Assembly: GCA_965219495.1 (NCBI GenBank)
Contig: OZ244777.1
Coordinates: 1,398,419 to 1,462,418 of the forward strand
Reading direction: 5' to 3'
DNA length: 64,000 nt
Source of the DNA: Rhodobacterales bacterium
GTDB lineage: Bacteria; Pseudomonadota; Alphaproteobacteria; Rhodobacterales; CAZPXZ01
Part shown: one piece after another, positions 41,174 to 51,999 of the stretch
How positions within the stretch are numbered: position 1 is the stretch's first letter
How the letters are laid out: every line of letters starts with the position of its first letter
Made by a program: the position numbers and the translations under genes
The notes under the pieces: generated by a model
Database searches by the model: none
What the model was told of the DNA's origin: nothing
What the model saw: only the letters and a program-made list of their open reading frames with translations

Positions 41174-42370
41174 TTGCCCGTGAACAAGCAAGAAACCCGT
41201 CCCCCGTTCGAATGGGCCGACCCGCTCGGTCTTGAAGAACAGTTGAAGGAAGAGGAGATCCTGATTCGGGACAGCGCCCGGAGCTTTTGCGTTTCCGTAC
41301 TTGAGCCCCGCGCTTCGAGGGACTTTCGCGACGAGGGAGCCGGAAAATCCGTTCTTGTGGAAATGGGCGCGGCGGGACTGCTCGGATGCAACCTTCACGG
41401 ATACGGGTGTGCCGGCGCCAGTTCCGTCGCCTACGGCCTGCTGGCCAGGGAAATCGAGTCCGTGGACAGCGGCTACCGCTCAATGATGAGCGTGCAATCT
41501 TCGCTGGTGATGTGGCCAATTCTCGCCTATGGCACAGAAGAACAGAGGGAACGGTATCTTCCCGGCCTGGCGCGGGGCGAAATCGTAGGATGCTTCGGAC
41601 TCACTGAACCCGAATTCGGCTCCGATGCCGGGGGACTGAGGTGCCAGGCCACGCCGTCCGAGGGCGGCTGGCATCTTTCCGGCAACAAGTCCTGGATCAC
41701 AAATGCTCCGATCGCCGATCTTTGCTTGGTCTGGGCCAAGGACCCGGAGGGAAAGATCCGTGGTTTCCTGGTCGATACCGCGAGCGAGGGTGTCGAAACG
41801 CCGGTCATTCATGGAAAGATGAGCCTTCGCGCATCGCCTACCGGCGAAATCGTGCTGCGTCGCGCATTCGTCCCGGAAGCAAACGTTTTTCCGGAAATCC
41901 GCGGTCTCAAGGGTCCGTTCGGATGCCTCAACAATGCCCGGTACGGAATCGCCTGGGGCGCGCTCGGGGCGGCGGAATCCTGCTGGCGAACCGCGAGGGA
42001 GTACGTGTTGGACAGGAAACAATTCGGGCGGCCGCTCGCCGCCAACCAGTTGATTCAGAAAAAGCTGGCTGACATGCAGACCGAGATTTCACTCGGTCTT
42101 CAGGCCGCTTTCCGGGTAGGACGACTCAAGGACGAGGACCGTGCCGCACCGGAGACGATTTCGCTGATCAAACGCAATGCCTGCGGCAAGGCGCTGGAGA
42201 TCGCGCGCAACGCAAGGGACATGCTTGGCGCGAACGGGGTTTCAGATGCCTATCCAGTCATGCGGCACATGGTCAATCTGGAAGCGGTCAACACCTATGA
42301 AGGAACGCACGACATTCACGCATTAATTCTCGGCCGTGCCCAGACCCAACTCCAGGCATTCACCGGATGA
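41174..42370 (+). CDS. gcdH: glutaryl-CoA dehydrogenase (acyl-CoA dehydrogenase family)
   Basis: [55 protein letters not shown]. The start is TTG at 41174 or GTG at 41180. Confidence 0.85.
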   Translation: MPVNKQETRPPFEWADPLGLEEQLKEEEILIRDSARSFCVSVLEPRASRDFRDEGAGKSVLVEMGAAGLLGCNLHGYGCAGASSVAYGLLAREIESVDSGYRSMMSVQSSLVMWPILAYGTEEQRERYLPGLARGEIVGCFGLTEPEFGSDAGGLRCQATPSEGGWHLSGNKSWITNAPIADLCLVWAKDPEGKIRGFLVDTASEGVETPVIHGKMSLRASPTGEIVLRRAFVPEANVFPEIRGLKGPFGCLNNARYGIAWGALGAAESCWRTAREYVLDRKQFGRPLAANQLIQKKLADMQTEISLGLQAAFRVGRLKDEDRAAPETISLIKRNACGKALEIARNARDMLGANGVSDAYPVMRHMVNLEAVNTYEGTHDIHALILGRAQTQLQAFTG

Positions 42371-42562
42371 TTCTGGTGTCAATGAATTGGGGCGCGCGTA
42401 GGCGTTTCGCTTGACGCCACAGGCAGGCAAATCAAATGTCGCGAAAGCTCCAGACTGGCGACAACCGCTTTCCGAGGCCGCTCTCCGCGTCTCGGCCCGC
42501 ACCTGCGCCCTTGAGGCCACCGCAGAAAATTCGGAGAATTCTACACCAAGGTAACAATATCC

Positions 42563-42591
42563 TTGAATCGGCGCTTTGGCGCCTCTATACT
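42563..42591 (+). promoter_or_regulatory. sigma70-like promoter upstream of rpmB (TTGAAT-17 nt-TATACT)
   Basis: TTGAAT at 42563-42568, a 17-nt spacer, then TATACT at 42586-42591. This would leave a leader of roughly 240 nt before rpmB. Confidence 0.4.
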
Positions 42592-42835
42592 CCGTTGTAC
42601 TGGAAACTAGGCTGAAAGCGCCGGTTCCGCTGACACGTCGTGCGGCGGGCATTTGCCGTTCACGGGTGGGGAATGGCGGGAAACCGCTTCCCGTGGCGCC
42701 GGCAAGGGGAAGGCGAAGAATGGGGGTTGCCCCGCCTCGGCGTGGAACAGTGTCGGGAGCGCATTGTGCCTCTCGTATGTAAGTCCCAAAGCGTGGGATC
42801 ATTGAAGCATCGTCTGTTTAAGGGGGGAGTGGCCG

Positions 42836-43126
42836 ATGTCGCGCCGCTGTGAGCTTTCCGGTAAGGGTGTGCTTACCGGCAACAATGTTAGTCATTCTCA
42901 GCGGAAGACCCGGAGACGGTTTCTTCCCAATTTGCACGCCGCGACCTTGCATAGCGAGATGCTTGGGCGTTCTTTCCGCCTGCGTGTCACAAACTATGCG
43001 CTCCGCGCCGTGGACCATCGTGGAGGGCTTGACGCATACCTCGCGAAAGCGAAAGACAGTCAATTGTCGCCTCGCGCCTTGCGACTGAAAAAGTCGATTT
43101 TTGACGCCGCAACGCAAAGCCATTGA
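42836..43126 (+). CDS. rpmB: 50S ribosomal protein L28
   Basis: [33 protein letters not shown]... Confidence 0.95.
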   Translation: MSRRCELSGKGVLTGNNVSHSQRKTRRRFLPNLHAATLHSEMLGRSFRLRVTNYALRAVDHRGGLDAYLAKAKDSQLSPRALRLKKSIFDAATQSH

Positions 43127-43182
43127 TCCTGCTTTCTCCCGGCGTCCCTCTTCGCATCCGCACGTCCTCCGGCGGTCTCATC

Positions 43183-43611
43183 ATGTCCGCACTCGCTACT
43201 ATTTCTCCCGTGCTCGCAGCCGAGTCCGAAATCGCGACCTCCAATTCGTTCGCCTGGATCGCGCCCGCAAGAACCTCCGGAGCAGTATATTTTTCCGTTT
43301 CAAACATGGGTGGCAGCAACGACCGAATTGTCTCGGTTCACGCGGACATCGCCAAACGCACCGAACTGCACAAAATGGAAGTCGGGAACGACGGGATCGT
43401 TCGCATGCGACGGATCGAAGAAGGAATACCAATCGCAGCAGGGGATACCGTGGAACTTGCGCCCGGAGGCACGCATGTCATGTTGATGGGGTTAGAGGAA
43501 GCGCCGGAGATTCACGGAATGGTGAAAGTCACTTTGACGCTGGAAAGCGGAACAGAGATCACCGTCCTGGCCACCGTCCGGCAGCAGGGCGACATGCCCG
43601 GCGCGAATTGA
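43183..43611 (+). CDS. copper chaperone PCu(A)C (DUF461)
   Basis: Short signal-like N-terminus, then AWIAPARTSGAVYFSVSNMG...ELHKMEVGNDGIVRMRRI...LAPGGTHVMLMGL. A TTG at 43123 is an alternative start. Confidence 0.75.
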   Translation: MSALATISPVLAAESEIATSNSFAWIAPARTSGAVYFSVSNMGGSNDRIVSVHADIAKRTELHKMEVGNDGIVRMRRIEEGIPIAAGDTVELAPGGTHVMLMGLEEAPEIHGMVKVTLTLESGTEITVLATVRQQGDMPGAN

Positions 43612-43714
43612 GCCACCGCTCACGGTCCGCAGTCGCACGAAAGCCGTCAATAGTTTCGCCGCAGTCGCCCGGTCGTGGGCCTCGAACTGAACCAGTTCTC
43701 GGCCGTTTCCGCGT

Positions 43715-46132
43715 TCATCCCGCCCGCAGTTCCCGGTTGTCCGGATCGTAGGCGGGCTCCCCAAGGACGACCGCCCTCCTTATCTCGCCCAAGACCGGCA
43801 CGAGCAGTTGCTGACCCGGTTCGGCCAATTCCGGCGGAACATACGCGAAGAACAGGCTCTTGCCGGTTGAATGCCCGTAGCCTCCGGAAGTCGTCACCCC
43901 GATATCCCGACCGTCGTGAAACACGGATTCGCCACCGGCAACATCGGCGTCCTCGAACTCCGTGAGTTCGCAATACACGATCTGAACGGCCGGAGGCCGA
44001 TTGCGCGCCGTTTCAACCGCCTGCTGCCCCGTATACCCGTCGCCCCGCACAAACCGGAGCAATCCGGCTTCGACGGGAGTGATTTCATTGGTCAACTCTG
44101 CGCCGATGCCCTTGTAGGCCTTTTCCAGACGAAGACTGTCGACCGCGTATGCTCCAAAATCCGCAATTCCGTGTTCGCCGCCGCTTTCACAAACCGCGTC
44201 GTAGACAGTGGGGATCTGTTCCATTGGACAGTGCAGTTCCCATCCCAATGAACCTACATAGTTGACCCGAAGCGCTTGCACCCCCACGCCCGCCAACTCG
44301 ATCTCGCGTACGGACAACCACGGAAACGCTTCGTTCCCAAGATCCGAATTGGTGAGACCTTGCAGCGTCGGACGCGATTTCGGACCAGCCACCACCAATA
44401 CTCCGAAATCGTTTGACCGGTTTACGATCTCAACCCGCGCGTTATCCCGCCTAGCACACCTGAACGCGTCCCAATCCCGTGTTTCCCAGGCGGATCCCGA
44501 AACCACGTAAAACCGTTCGTCTTCAAGACGAGCGATAGTCGACTCGCTCTGAATACGGCCCGCTTCGGAAAGGCGGTGGGCCAGAGTGAGCCTGCCCTCC
44601 GCCGGCGGGCGGTTTGCGTAGACGCGGCCCAGGAATGTTTCCGCGCCGGAACCGGTCACCTCAAATTTTGCAAAACTCGAAAAGTCCATGATCCCGACTC
44701 GCTCGCGCACGGCGCGGCATTCCTTCCCCACCACATCGTGCACGTTGGAACGGCGAAAACTGTACGCTTCCTCCTCGCCGTCAACGGAAAACCACTTGGG
44801 GCGCTCCCAGCCAAAGGCTTCCGTATGCACGCCGCCCTTCGAGGTGAGCTTGCCGTAAAGCGTGGAAGTTCGCGCGGGCCGCCCGGCCGGCAATTCCTCG
44901 CCGGGCAAAGGCACCGCGTACATCAGTGAGTAGTCCTGAATCGACTTGTTACTTGTATACTCCGTAGTAGCCCATTCGCCGAACCGCCGCGGGTCCACCG
45001 CGGTCATGTTGATCTGGGAATCCCCATGCACCATCCACTGCGCGAGGTACTTGCCGGAACCGGCGCCCTGCGCAATGCCGATGGACGACCCGCAACACAT
45101 CCAGAAATTCTGGAGTCCGGGAGCAGGACCCAGCAGGGGATTCGAATCCGGCGTGTGCGAGATGGCGCCATGGACGGCTCGCTTGATGCCCACAGAGGCA
45201 AACAGCGGAATTCGCTGGAGGCCGCGTTCAAGCCATGGCCCGACTCGGTCGTATGCGGGTTCGAAGAGTTCGTTCTCGGATTCCCAGTGGGGCTCACCGC
45301 CATCCCAGGCTTCCGCTGCCCCCTCTGTTTCGTAGATCCCGATCATCCCGGCCTTCTGTTCCTGCCGCAGGTAATTGGACGCATGGGGATCGCGAATCAC
45401 GGGCAACTCTTCGTCACGGTCAATGAGTTCGGGTATGGGCGCCGTGACCACGTAATGATGCAGCATGTTGGAAATCGGCACGCTTCCGCCGACCATCGCC
45501 TGCACCGCGCGCGCATAGCATCCGGCAGCGTTCACTACATGCTCCGCGATAATGTCGCCCTTGTCCGTCTGAACTCTCCACTCCCCGTTCCGTTCCCGCT
45601 GAATGCCCGTTACTCGGCATCGCCTGCGAATGGTTACGCCCATGCGGCGGGCGCCTTTCGCCATGGCGTTCGCCACACCTGCAGGATCGACATGTCCGTC
45701 CCCGCGCGTGAGCGCGCCCACGAGCACGCCATCGAGAGAAAGGAACGGATGCAGTTCCCGAATTTCTTCGGGCGTCAGGATTTCAACTTCAAAACCGATT
45801 TGCGGCCCGATACTCTTCACGAACCTGAACCAATCCACGAAGTTTTCACTCGTAGCAATCCGGATACTCCCGCATCCGTGCCAACTGACGTATTGACCGG
45901 TCAGTTGCTCCAGGCGCGGATAGAATTTGACGCCGTACGCGTGCAACTGCCCGATGGCGTACCCTCCGATGAAATAGGTGCAAAGTCCGGCTGCGTGCCA
46001 GGTCGAACCGGAAGTCAACTCGCCCTTCTCCACCAAGGTGACATCCGTCCAGCCTTCCTCTGCGAGGTGATAGGCAAGCCCTGTCCCCATCGCGCCGCCG
46101 CCGATGATGACTACTTTGGCGTGAGCATCCAT
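43715..46132 (-). CDS. FAD-dependent oxidoreductase with aminomethyltransferase (GcvT-like) C-terminal domain, dimethylglycine/sarcosine dehydrogenase family
   Basis: 805 aa with VVIIGGGAMGTGLAYHLAEEG, GSTWHAAGL and a C-terminal folate-binding GcvT-type region. Confidence 0.85.
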   Translation of the reverse strand: MDAHAKVVIIGGGAMGTGLAYHLAEEGWTDVTLVEKGELTSGSTWHAAGLCTYFIGGYAIGQLHAYGVKFYPRLEQLTGQYVSWHGCGSIRIATSENFVDWFRFVKSIGPQIGFEVEILTPEEIRELHPFLSLDGVLVGALTRGDGHVDPAGVANAMAKGARRMGVTIRRRCRVTGIQRERNGEWRVQTDKGDIIAEHVVNAAGCYARAVQAMVGGSVPISNMLHHYVVTAPIPELIDRDEELPVIRDPHASNYLRQEQKAGMIGIYETEGAAEAWDGGEPHWESENELFEPAYDRVGPWLERGLQRIPLFASVGIKRAVHGAISHTPDSNPLLGPAPGLQNFWMCCGSSIGIAQGAGSGKYLAQWMVHGDSQINMTAVDPRRFGEWATTEYTSNKSIQDYSLMYAVPLPGEELPAGRPARTSTLYGKLTSKGGVHTEAFGWERPKWFSVDGEEEAYSFRRSNVHDVVGKECRAVRERVGIMDFSSFAKFEVTGSGAETFLGRVYANRPPAEGRLTLAHRLSEAGRIQSESTIARLEDERFYVVSGSAWETRDWDAFRCARRDNARVEIVNRSNDFGVLVVAGPKSRPTLQGLTNSDLGNEAFPWLSVREIELAGVGVQALRVNYVGSLGWELHCPMEQIPTVYDAVCESGGEHGIADFGAYAVDSLRLEKAYKGIGAELTNEITPVEAGLLRFVRGDGYTGQQAVETARNRPPAVQIVYCELTEFEDADVAGGESVFHDGRDIGVTTSGGYGHSTGKSLFFAYVPPELAEPGQQLLVPVLGEIRRAVVLGEPAYDPDNRELRAG

Positions 46133-46275
46133 GATGTGCCTCCATTTCCGCCGGAGTGCGATTAACAGTTCCTTGCGGTTCGATCGAGCTAAATCTCCGG
46201 GAGACCCGGGCGCTCCGGCGCCCGCGGCGAATTCACTCTAACGAACGTATAGGTGCCCGAAACGGGAAAACAGAA

Positions 46276-46482
46276 CTATCGCTCGCCCTCGCGCTGCGCA
46301 CGCTTTCGGGCGAGCTTTCTGGCCCGGCGAATGGCTTCAGCACGTTCGCGAGCGCGCCGCTCGGACGGTTTTTCGTACGCCTGCCGAAGTTTCATCTCGC
46401 GAAACAAACCTTCGCGTTGCATTTTCTTCTTAAGCGCGCGAAGCGCCTGGTCGACATTGTTTTCGCGAACTACGACTTGCAC
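46276..46482 (-). CDS. rpsU: 30S ribosomal protein S21
   Basis: [43 protein letters not shown]... Confidence 0.95.
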   Translation of the reverse strand: MQVVVRENNVDQALRALKKKMQREGLFREMKLRQAYEKPSERRARERAEAIRRARKLARKRAQREGER

Positions 46483-46515
46483 GTTTCCACCTCGCGGGCG
46501 CTGACAACCAACTGT

Positions 46516-47040
46516 TTATTCCCCTATAGTTGCAGTGCATCCGAATGTCCAACAGTCGAGAGAATCCGGCCCGGCAAGTTGCCATCCGGCCACAAGCCCG
46601 CAGAACACCCTTTTCGCTTTCCGGGCTTCCGGAACCGTTCCGGCAACCCTGTGCAGTCTGTCGCCGAACCAAGTCCTGATTTTCGTGCACGGCTTGCCGG
46701 TCCAGGCCTCCACTCCGCGGGTCTCGTGCTTGTCCAGTCTGCATCAGATGTCGCGCCCGTGACCCGGTTCTTGCTTCCCGTCGAATGGCTCCAAATCGCC
46801 TTGCCGTCGTAACCCAGATTCGCGCCGGAGTCGCCCAGTTCCGCCAGCAACTGTTCGCGTAGCAGGTCGAATGTTAAATCGCGTTCAATATTTTGCGACC
46901 AGCAATTCGAACGCAATTCGGCACATAGTGGGCGCCCGAGCCGTCCGACAACGCGGGCTCGAACAGAACGCTCATCCCGTCGGTGATGGTCCATCCGGCG
47001 TTGTTGAGCAGGGCGTAGATATTTACCCGGGAGAACGTCT
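46516..47040 (-). pseudogene. DDE transposase fragment (IS4/IS5-superfamily-like), multiple frameshifts
   Basis: Pieces occur in three frames: GANLGYDGKAIWSHSTGSKNRVTGATSDADW, then EAWTGKPCTKIRTWFGDRLH. No intact ORF and no recognisable ends. Confidence 0.45.
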
Positions 47041-47052
47041 CGCTCGTTTCGC

Positions 47053-47468
47053 TCACGCGCCGGCCCACAGATCGATGAGGTCGATTCCCATGTCCTCGAA
47101 GTTCTGGTCGTTTCTGGTCGCCGCCGCCACGCTGCGCGACCTTGGCAATTGCCGCAATCTCGCAATCGGCCTGCGAGACTGGCGGCCCGGCGGGCCACCG
47201 CGAATTCTACGTAGTCGCGTGCCGCGCCACCGTCAAAGAGCAGAACAGAGCCGGGAAACAACGTGCCGCAGGCGCGTTCGACCACCGCCGCGATATCCCA
47301 GCGATGCCTGCCCTCCGGCGGAAACGCGACGCCGGTGCCCACCTTCGCTTCCGTCATCGCCGTCACGAACAGCTCGCGCAACAGCGGTCGATTCAGCCAA
47401 GTAAGAACGACCAGGCTGGGTCTTCGCGCATCAAGTTCGGAAACGACGTCGGTGTCCAGCACGATCAT
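47053..47468 (-). pseudogene. vapC: PIN-domain toxin VapC, two frameshifts
   Basis: MIVLDTDVVSELDARRP...FDGGAARDYVEFAVARRAA in frame 0. PVSQADCEIAAIAKVAQRG follows in a second frame, and ATRNDQNFEDMGIDLIDLWAGA-stop in a third. Confidence 0.7.
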
Positions 47469-47724
47469 CGTTGCCGTCACACCCGATCCGGGGCGATTCG
47501 CGCATCGGCTCGCGTGGCGGCAACTCCAGTTCAACACCGCCGAAGGGCTTGAAATGTTCGAAAAGCGTCGTCCCCAGTCCTTTCGCCGGCACTGCCTCTC
47601 GCCCGACCGCATCGGCCAGGATCGAGCGCGCCTCCTCTTCCATCCAGCGGCCGTGTCCGGCCGCCCGCTTGCGTAGACGGGTCTTCACGTCATCGTCGAG
47701 ATTGCGAAACGTAATGCTTGCCAT
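47431..47724 (-). CDS. antitoxin, FitA/VapB (Arc-type ribbon-helix-helix) family
   Basis: MASITFRNLDDDVKTRLRKRAAGHGRWMEEEARSILADAV. It lies immediately upstream of, and overlaps, the vapC remnant. Confidence 0.7.
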   Translation of the reverse strand: MASITFRNLDDDVKTRLRKRAAGHGRWMEEEARSILADAVGREAVPAKGLGTTLFEHFKPFGGVELELPPREPMRESPRIGCDGNDDRAGHRRRFRT

Positions 47725-48958
47725 GGTCAGAACCTTTTGGACTATGCAATTCTGAATTTGCAGGATGCTTGCATTGCAATCAAAACGATGCAGCGAGAAG
47801 CGGAACTCCCCAAACTGCTGCCATTCCTGCCGGAAACACTCAAGAACAGCAAAAAAACGGAACACGCACCGGAACCTGACCGAATTGATATCCGAGGAGG
47901 GCTGGTCCGAGAACGAAATGCACTGCATGTCGCCGTTCGGCAGAGCCGCACACATGCTGGTTGACACGACGGCCAAATGCCTACGGGAATTGTCGACGAA
48001 CAGTGTCGTTCAGTCATGCGGCAGGCGAAGCGGCCGAGTCGTAAGACGAACTGGAAGCGACGTTGCGCCCGGCGCGAAACGTAATCCATGGACACGGCCC
48101 GGAACACAAAACGCTGGCCGAGCCACGCTTCCTGTAGCTGACGCAAATTTGCCGACTGGGAGGGATGTCGAAACAAGACCTCGCAGACCGGACGGTAGGA
48201 AAATCACTGATGTCCAGACGGCTCTCGAAGAACGCAAGAGGTTCCGCACCATCAAGGAAGCAAACCGGGAAGAAGGCGGCAGGTAGGCGTGACGTGCGCT
48301 GCCCGGCTGACTGACGCAACGGAAACGCGGTAATAAGGCGACCGAGGAGGCGAAATCGCTGGCCGACATCGGCAATCTCCACAAGCTGGCGAAGTCAACG
48401 CCTGGCTCCTCGCCCGCCGAAGCGGCGACGGCCGGATCCGCAGGACGAGGCTTGAACGCAACGAAGCCGGGTGAGAGTCAGGAAGAACGAGATGAAGAAC
48501 AAGTTCCGGACAACCGGCTCGCCAAAGGCTGGCCGACCACCGGAAATTGGCGGTTTTTCAGCACGGTCGTGGCGCAACCATCGCCACCGGTCATGCGAAC
48601 CGCCGCGCCGGCGAAGAATCTCACTGTTATCCCTCCATGCGCGGCGGCCACGAGAGCACCACCAATTCGTTCGACCTTGACCCACAGTTTCTGAACCGAA
48701 TGCAGCGTGCGAAGCCTGCCGCAGCGGCCAAGCATTCCGCAGCTCGGACAAGACGATTCAGGTGGAAAACAGACCGCAGGCCAAGTCAACGCACAGCGCC
48801 CATCCATGCAAAAAGGACAGGACCGAGGTATCCAGCAGCCGAATATTGCCGCAAAATGGTCTTGTGAACGGCCGAGACCGGCCCTGGCGCTGAGAACCGG
48901 CGCCGGCGACCGCCACGCGAGCGCCGACCCGGTATGACCTCAAGGAAAAGGAGTTCCC

Positions 48959-49768
48959 ATGAATCGCAGAATGAATCGCCTGTTGATCACAGGCGCAGCC
49001 GGCGGGCTGGGAAGCATGGTGCGTGATCGTCTGGGCCATCTGGCAAACATTCTTCGCCTCTCCGATATGGCCCGCATGAAGCCGCCGAACAAGGATGAAG
49101 AGGTAGTTGAATGTGATCTCTCGAATTTCTCCGAAGTGAAGGAGTTGGTCAGGGACTGCGATGGCATCGTACAGCTTGGCGCAAAGGGAACAGAGGGTAC
49201 GTTCGATGAAATCCTGAAGTCCAATCTGATTGGCCACTACAACATCTACGAAGCTTCCCGGCAAGCCGGTGTCCCCAGGATCCTGTTCTCGAGTTCCAAT
49301 CACACGATCGGGTTTCATACGCGCGAGACAAGACTTGATGCGTTTGCAGACCTTCGGCCCGACAGCCTCTACGGTGTATCCAAGTGCTATGGAGAAGCGG
49401 TGGCGCGGCTCTATTACTACAAGTTCGGCCTCGAAACCGCGATTGTTCGAATCGGCTCGTGCTTCGCGGAGCCGGTCGACCACCGGATGCTCGCCACCTG
49501 GTTGAGTGCGGATGATTTTGTCGCCCTGATCGAGCGGGTATTTCGCGTTCCCCGTCTAGGATGCCCGATCATCTACGGCGTATCCTGCAACGACGAGTGC
49601 TGGTGGGAAAATTCCGGAATCGAGTATCTAGGCTGGCATCCGAAGGACAATGCCGAGGAGTTCCGCGCCAAGCTGGATACAGCCATGTCGCCGCCGCCCG
49701 CGGAAGATCCGGCGGTCAAATTCCAGGGTGGATCATTCGCAGGGGCGGGTCACTTCGAGGACAACTAG
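48959..49768 (+). CDS. udh: NAD-dependent uronate dehydrogenase (epimerase/dehydratase fold)
   Basis: 269 aa, near colinear with remembered Udh sequences: LLITGAAGGLGSMVRDRL, SSSNHTIGF, LYGVSKCYGEAVARLYYYKFGLETAIVRIGSC, WWENSGIEYLGWHPKDNAEEF. GGAG lies upstream of the ATG. Confidence 0.8.
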   Translation: MNRRMNRLLITGAAGGLGSMVRDRLGHLANILRLSDMARMKPPNKDEEVVECDLSNFSEVKELVRDCDGIVQLGAKGTEGTFDEILKSNLIGHYNIYEASRQAGVPRILFSSSNHTIGFHTRETRLDAFADLRPDSLYGVSKCYGEAVARLYYYKFGLETAIVRIGSCFAEPVDHRMLATWLSADDFVALIERVFRVPRLGCPIIYGVSCNDECWWENSGIEYLGWHPKDNAEEFRAKLDTAMSPPPAEDPAVKFQGGSFAGAGHFEDN

Positions 49769-49805
49769 CGTCCTTTGCACGGACCAAGCAGGACAACTCC
49801 TGTCT

Positions 49806-50120
49806 CTATCCCAGATCTACAAGAACCGCCCCGTTTTCGACCTTTACGGAATACGTATTGAGATCGACGCAAACCGGCGCACCTTTGGCCTGTCCGGTCC
49901 GGTAGTCGAACCGTCCGTTGTGCTTCGGACATTCGATGATGTTGTCGATAACCAGGCCGTCGGCCAGATGCGCTTCTTCGTGAGTGCAGTGGCCGTCAGT
50001 GCAAAAGAATACGTCGTCTGGAGACCGATAGACGGCGAAAGTGCGGCCTTCGTGATCGAACCTGAAGACATCCTCCAATTCAATGTCTTCTGAATCGCAC
50101 GCGCGAATCCATTGGCACAT
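49806..50120 (-). CDS. Rieske (2Fe-2S) ferredoxin
   Basis: 104 aa with CTHEEAHL...CPKHNGRF (CxH...CxxH). Confidence 0.85.
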   Translation of the reverse strand: MCQWIRACDSEDIELEDVFRFDHEGRTFAVYRSPDDVFFCTDGHCTHEEAHLADGLVIDNIIECPKHNGRFDYRTGQAKGAPVCVDLNTYSVKVENGAVLVDLG

Positions 50121-50187
50121 TCGAGTGTTCCTTGTACTTGCTAGCCTGAATTCCCACCCGCAGGGGCGGTGTGACCTATGAGGCGGA

Positions 50188-51957
50188 TCATCCGCCGAAT
50201 TCCAGTTTCAGGGACCGGTTTGCCAGCCACGGCAGCGCGGTCACCTGGTCCGCGAAGCCGGCATTGATCATCATCGGGTTGTGGGCCCGGTGCCCGAAGC
50301 GGACGCGGACGGTGTGATCAGAGATGGTGACGTTGGCAGTGGCGTCGATGAAGTTCCGGAACAGGGTCCTGGCCCGCGCGATCGCCTGCCCGTTGCCGAT
50401 CCGGTTTGCCAGCAGCCGGTAGAGCCCGCTGGCCATGAGGGTGAGCTGGAGGTCGGTGTTGATGCGCATGGGCACGGCGGCGGAGAGCGCGTCCATGTGG
50501 AAGAAGTCAATGGTCTCGGCGATCTGGTTTTCGACGACCATTCTGCGCGCATAGCGGTCGACGAGGTCGGCGGGCCTGGCCCGCATCTGGTTGGTCATGA
50601 GCAGCACCGGGTCGTCGTGCCCGAGGTCGGCGACGGCGATCTGGCGGATCTCGCCGGGATACTGCGGCAGGCGGATGCGGTCGTCGATGATCCGCGGCGT
50701 GCGGTAGCGGCGGCCGATGTTGGCCAGCCGGATGCGGCGCCAGTCGGCCTCGGGACGTGCACGAAGTTCCGCCATCATTTTCTTCGAACGCCGGCGCAGG
50801 GTGAGGAAGGCAATGCCCTGCCGGTCGATCCCGGCTAGGTTCACCTGGGTCGTGAGGCGGCTGTCGAAGACCAGTTCGGCGGGCAGGATGCCGGTCTCGT
50901 CCCGGTAATCCTCGACAAAGCGCAGGATGGCGTCGTTCTGGCGGTCCTTGCGGATGGTCGCATCGGCAGAGCAGAACACCCGGGCCTCGGCATCGCGGGC
51001 CAGGAAAGCGAGGACGCCGTTCTGGCGGCGCGAGCGCTTGGAGACATAATGCTTCTCGATCAGCGCCTGGTCGCCATGGTAGGGAATGGTGTGGAAGTCG
51101 AGATCGAAGGAGGCGCCGGAGCCGAGACCGTGGTCGCGGACGGCGCGGTTCCACGCGCGCATCAGCCCGGGGAGCAGGCGGGGATCGACCCGGGTGCTGT
51201 ATTCGGTGAGCGTCGAGCGCTTGGGCATGGCGTTGAGGCCGGCAAACAGCGCCAGGCCGGGATCGAACACCTCGGCCATGGCCTGCGAGGGCCGGCCGAT
51301 GCCCCAGAGCTTGAGAGCCAGCAGGGCACGCCAGGCACAGTCCGCGGGGATCATGGCGCTGCCCGGCATGGAGGTCTCCGCAAGCAGGCGATCGAGATCG
51401 AGGGCGGCGAGCATCGGGGCGAAGACAAACAGCCCGCCGAAGCGGGTGCGGAACGTGCCCGCCTGAAGGTGGAAGACGCGGCGGTCGGCGACCGGCGCGG
51501 CATCCGGGCCGATGATATCGGCCAGCACGGCAGCAGAGCGCCGCGGCAACCGCGCCAGGCCGGCCTCGCGGATCACCTTGGCCACGGTCGACAGGCTGGC
51601 AGGACAGTCCTCGGCTGCAAGGACGGCGGCGATCTGGTGGATCGACATCTGCCGCTCCCGCCGCAACTCCAGGATACGCCGGTTCCGGTGCCTGCGTGAG
51701 ACCGTCGCCCCCGGAGCGGGCTCTTCGTCCTTCGGCTTCTCTGGCGGCTGGAAGAAGGCCCACCCGGGATCTGCATTGAACGCGGAGCAGAGGTTGCGGA
51801 AGGAGCCGATGCTGTAGCCGAAGGCCTCCGCGGCAGCCTTGCAGTCCATGCCGTCAACGTAGTGGGCGCGCAGCGCCTCGTAGCGTCTTTGGGCCGGGTT
51901 CCGTGGCCTGAGGAATGTGTCCCGGAGTGTCAGAATCTCCAACCCTGCATATAACAC
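50188..51957 (-). CDS. DDE transposase (IS4-superfamily-like, family uncertain), apparently intact
   Basis: 589 aa with a GTG start and two N-terminal HTH-like regions. Motifs are DLDFHTIPYHGD and YARRMVVENQIAE (YREK-like). The C-terminal tail FRNFIDATANVTISDHTVRVRFGHRAHNP resembles the tail remnant in the 877-bp element. The IS ends are not confidently located (roughly 50.15-52.0 kb). Confidence 0.75.
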   Translation of the reverse strand: MLYAGLEILTLRDTFLRPRNPAQRRYEALRAHYVDGMDCKAAAEAFGYSIGSFRNLCSAFNADPGWAFFQPPEKPKDEEPAPGATVSRRHRNRRILELRRERQMSIHQIAAVLAAEDCPASLSTVAKVIREAGLARLPRRSAAVLADIIGPDAAPVADRRVFHLQAGTFRTRFGGLFVFAPMLAALDLDRLLAETSMPGSAMIPADCAWRALLALKLWGIGRPSQAMAEVFDPGLALFAGLNAMPKRSTLTEYSTRVDPRLLPGLMRAWNRAVRDHGLGSGASFDLDFHTIPYHGDQALIEKHYVSKRSRRQNGVLAFLARDAEARVFCSADATIRKDRQNDAILRFVEDYRDETGILPAELVFDSRLTTQVNLAGIDRQGIAFLTLRRRSKKMMAELRARPEADWRRIRLANIGRRYRTPRIIDDRIRLPQYPGEIRQIAVADLGHDDPVLLMTNQMRARPADLVDRYARRMVVENQIAETIDFFHMDALSAAVPMRINTDLQLTLMASGLYRLLANRIGNGQAIARARTLFRNFIDATANVTISDHTVRVRFGHRAHNPMMINAGFADQVTALPWLANRSLKLEFGG

Positions 51958-51999
51958 ACATTGTCACGCTATCATTCAGCACAATCCCCGTCAACCGCT

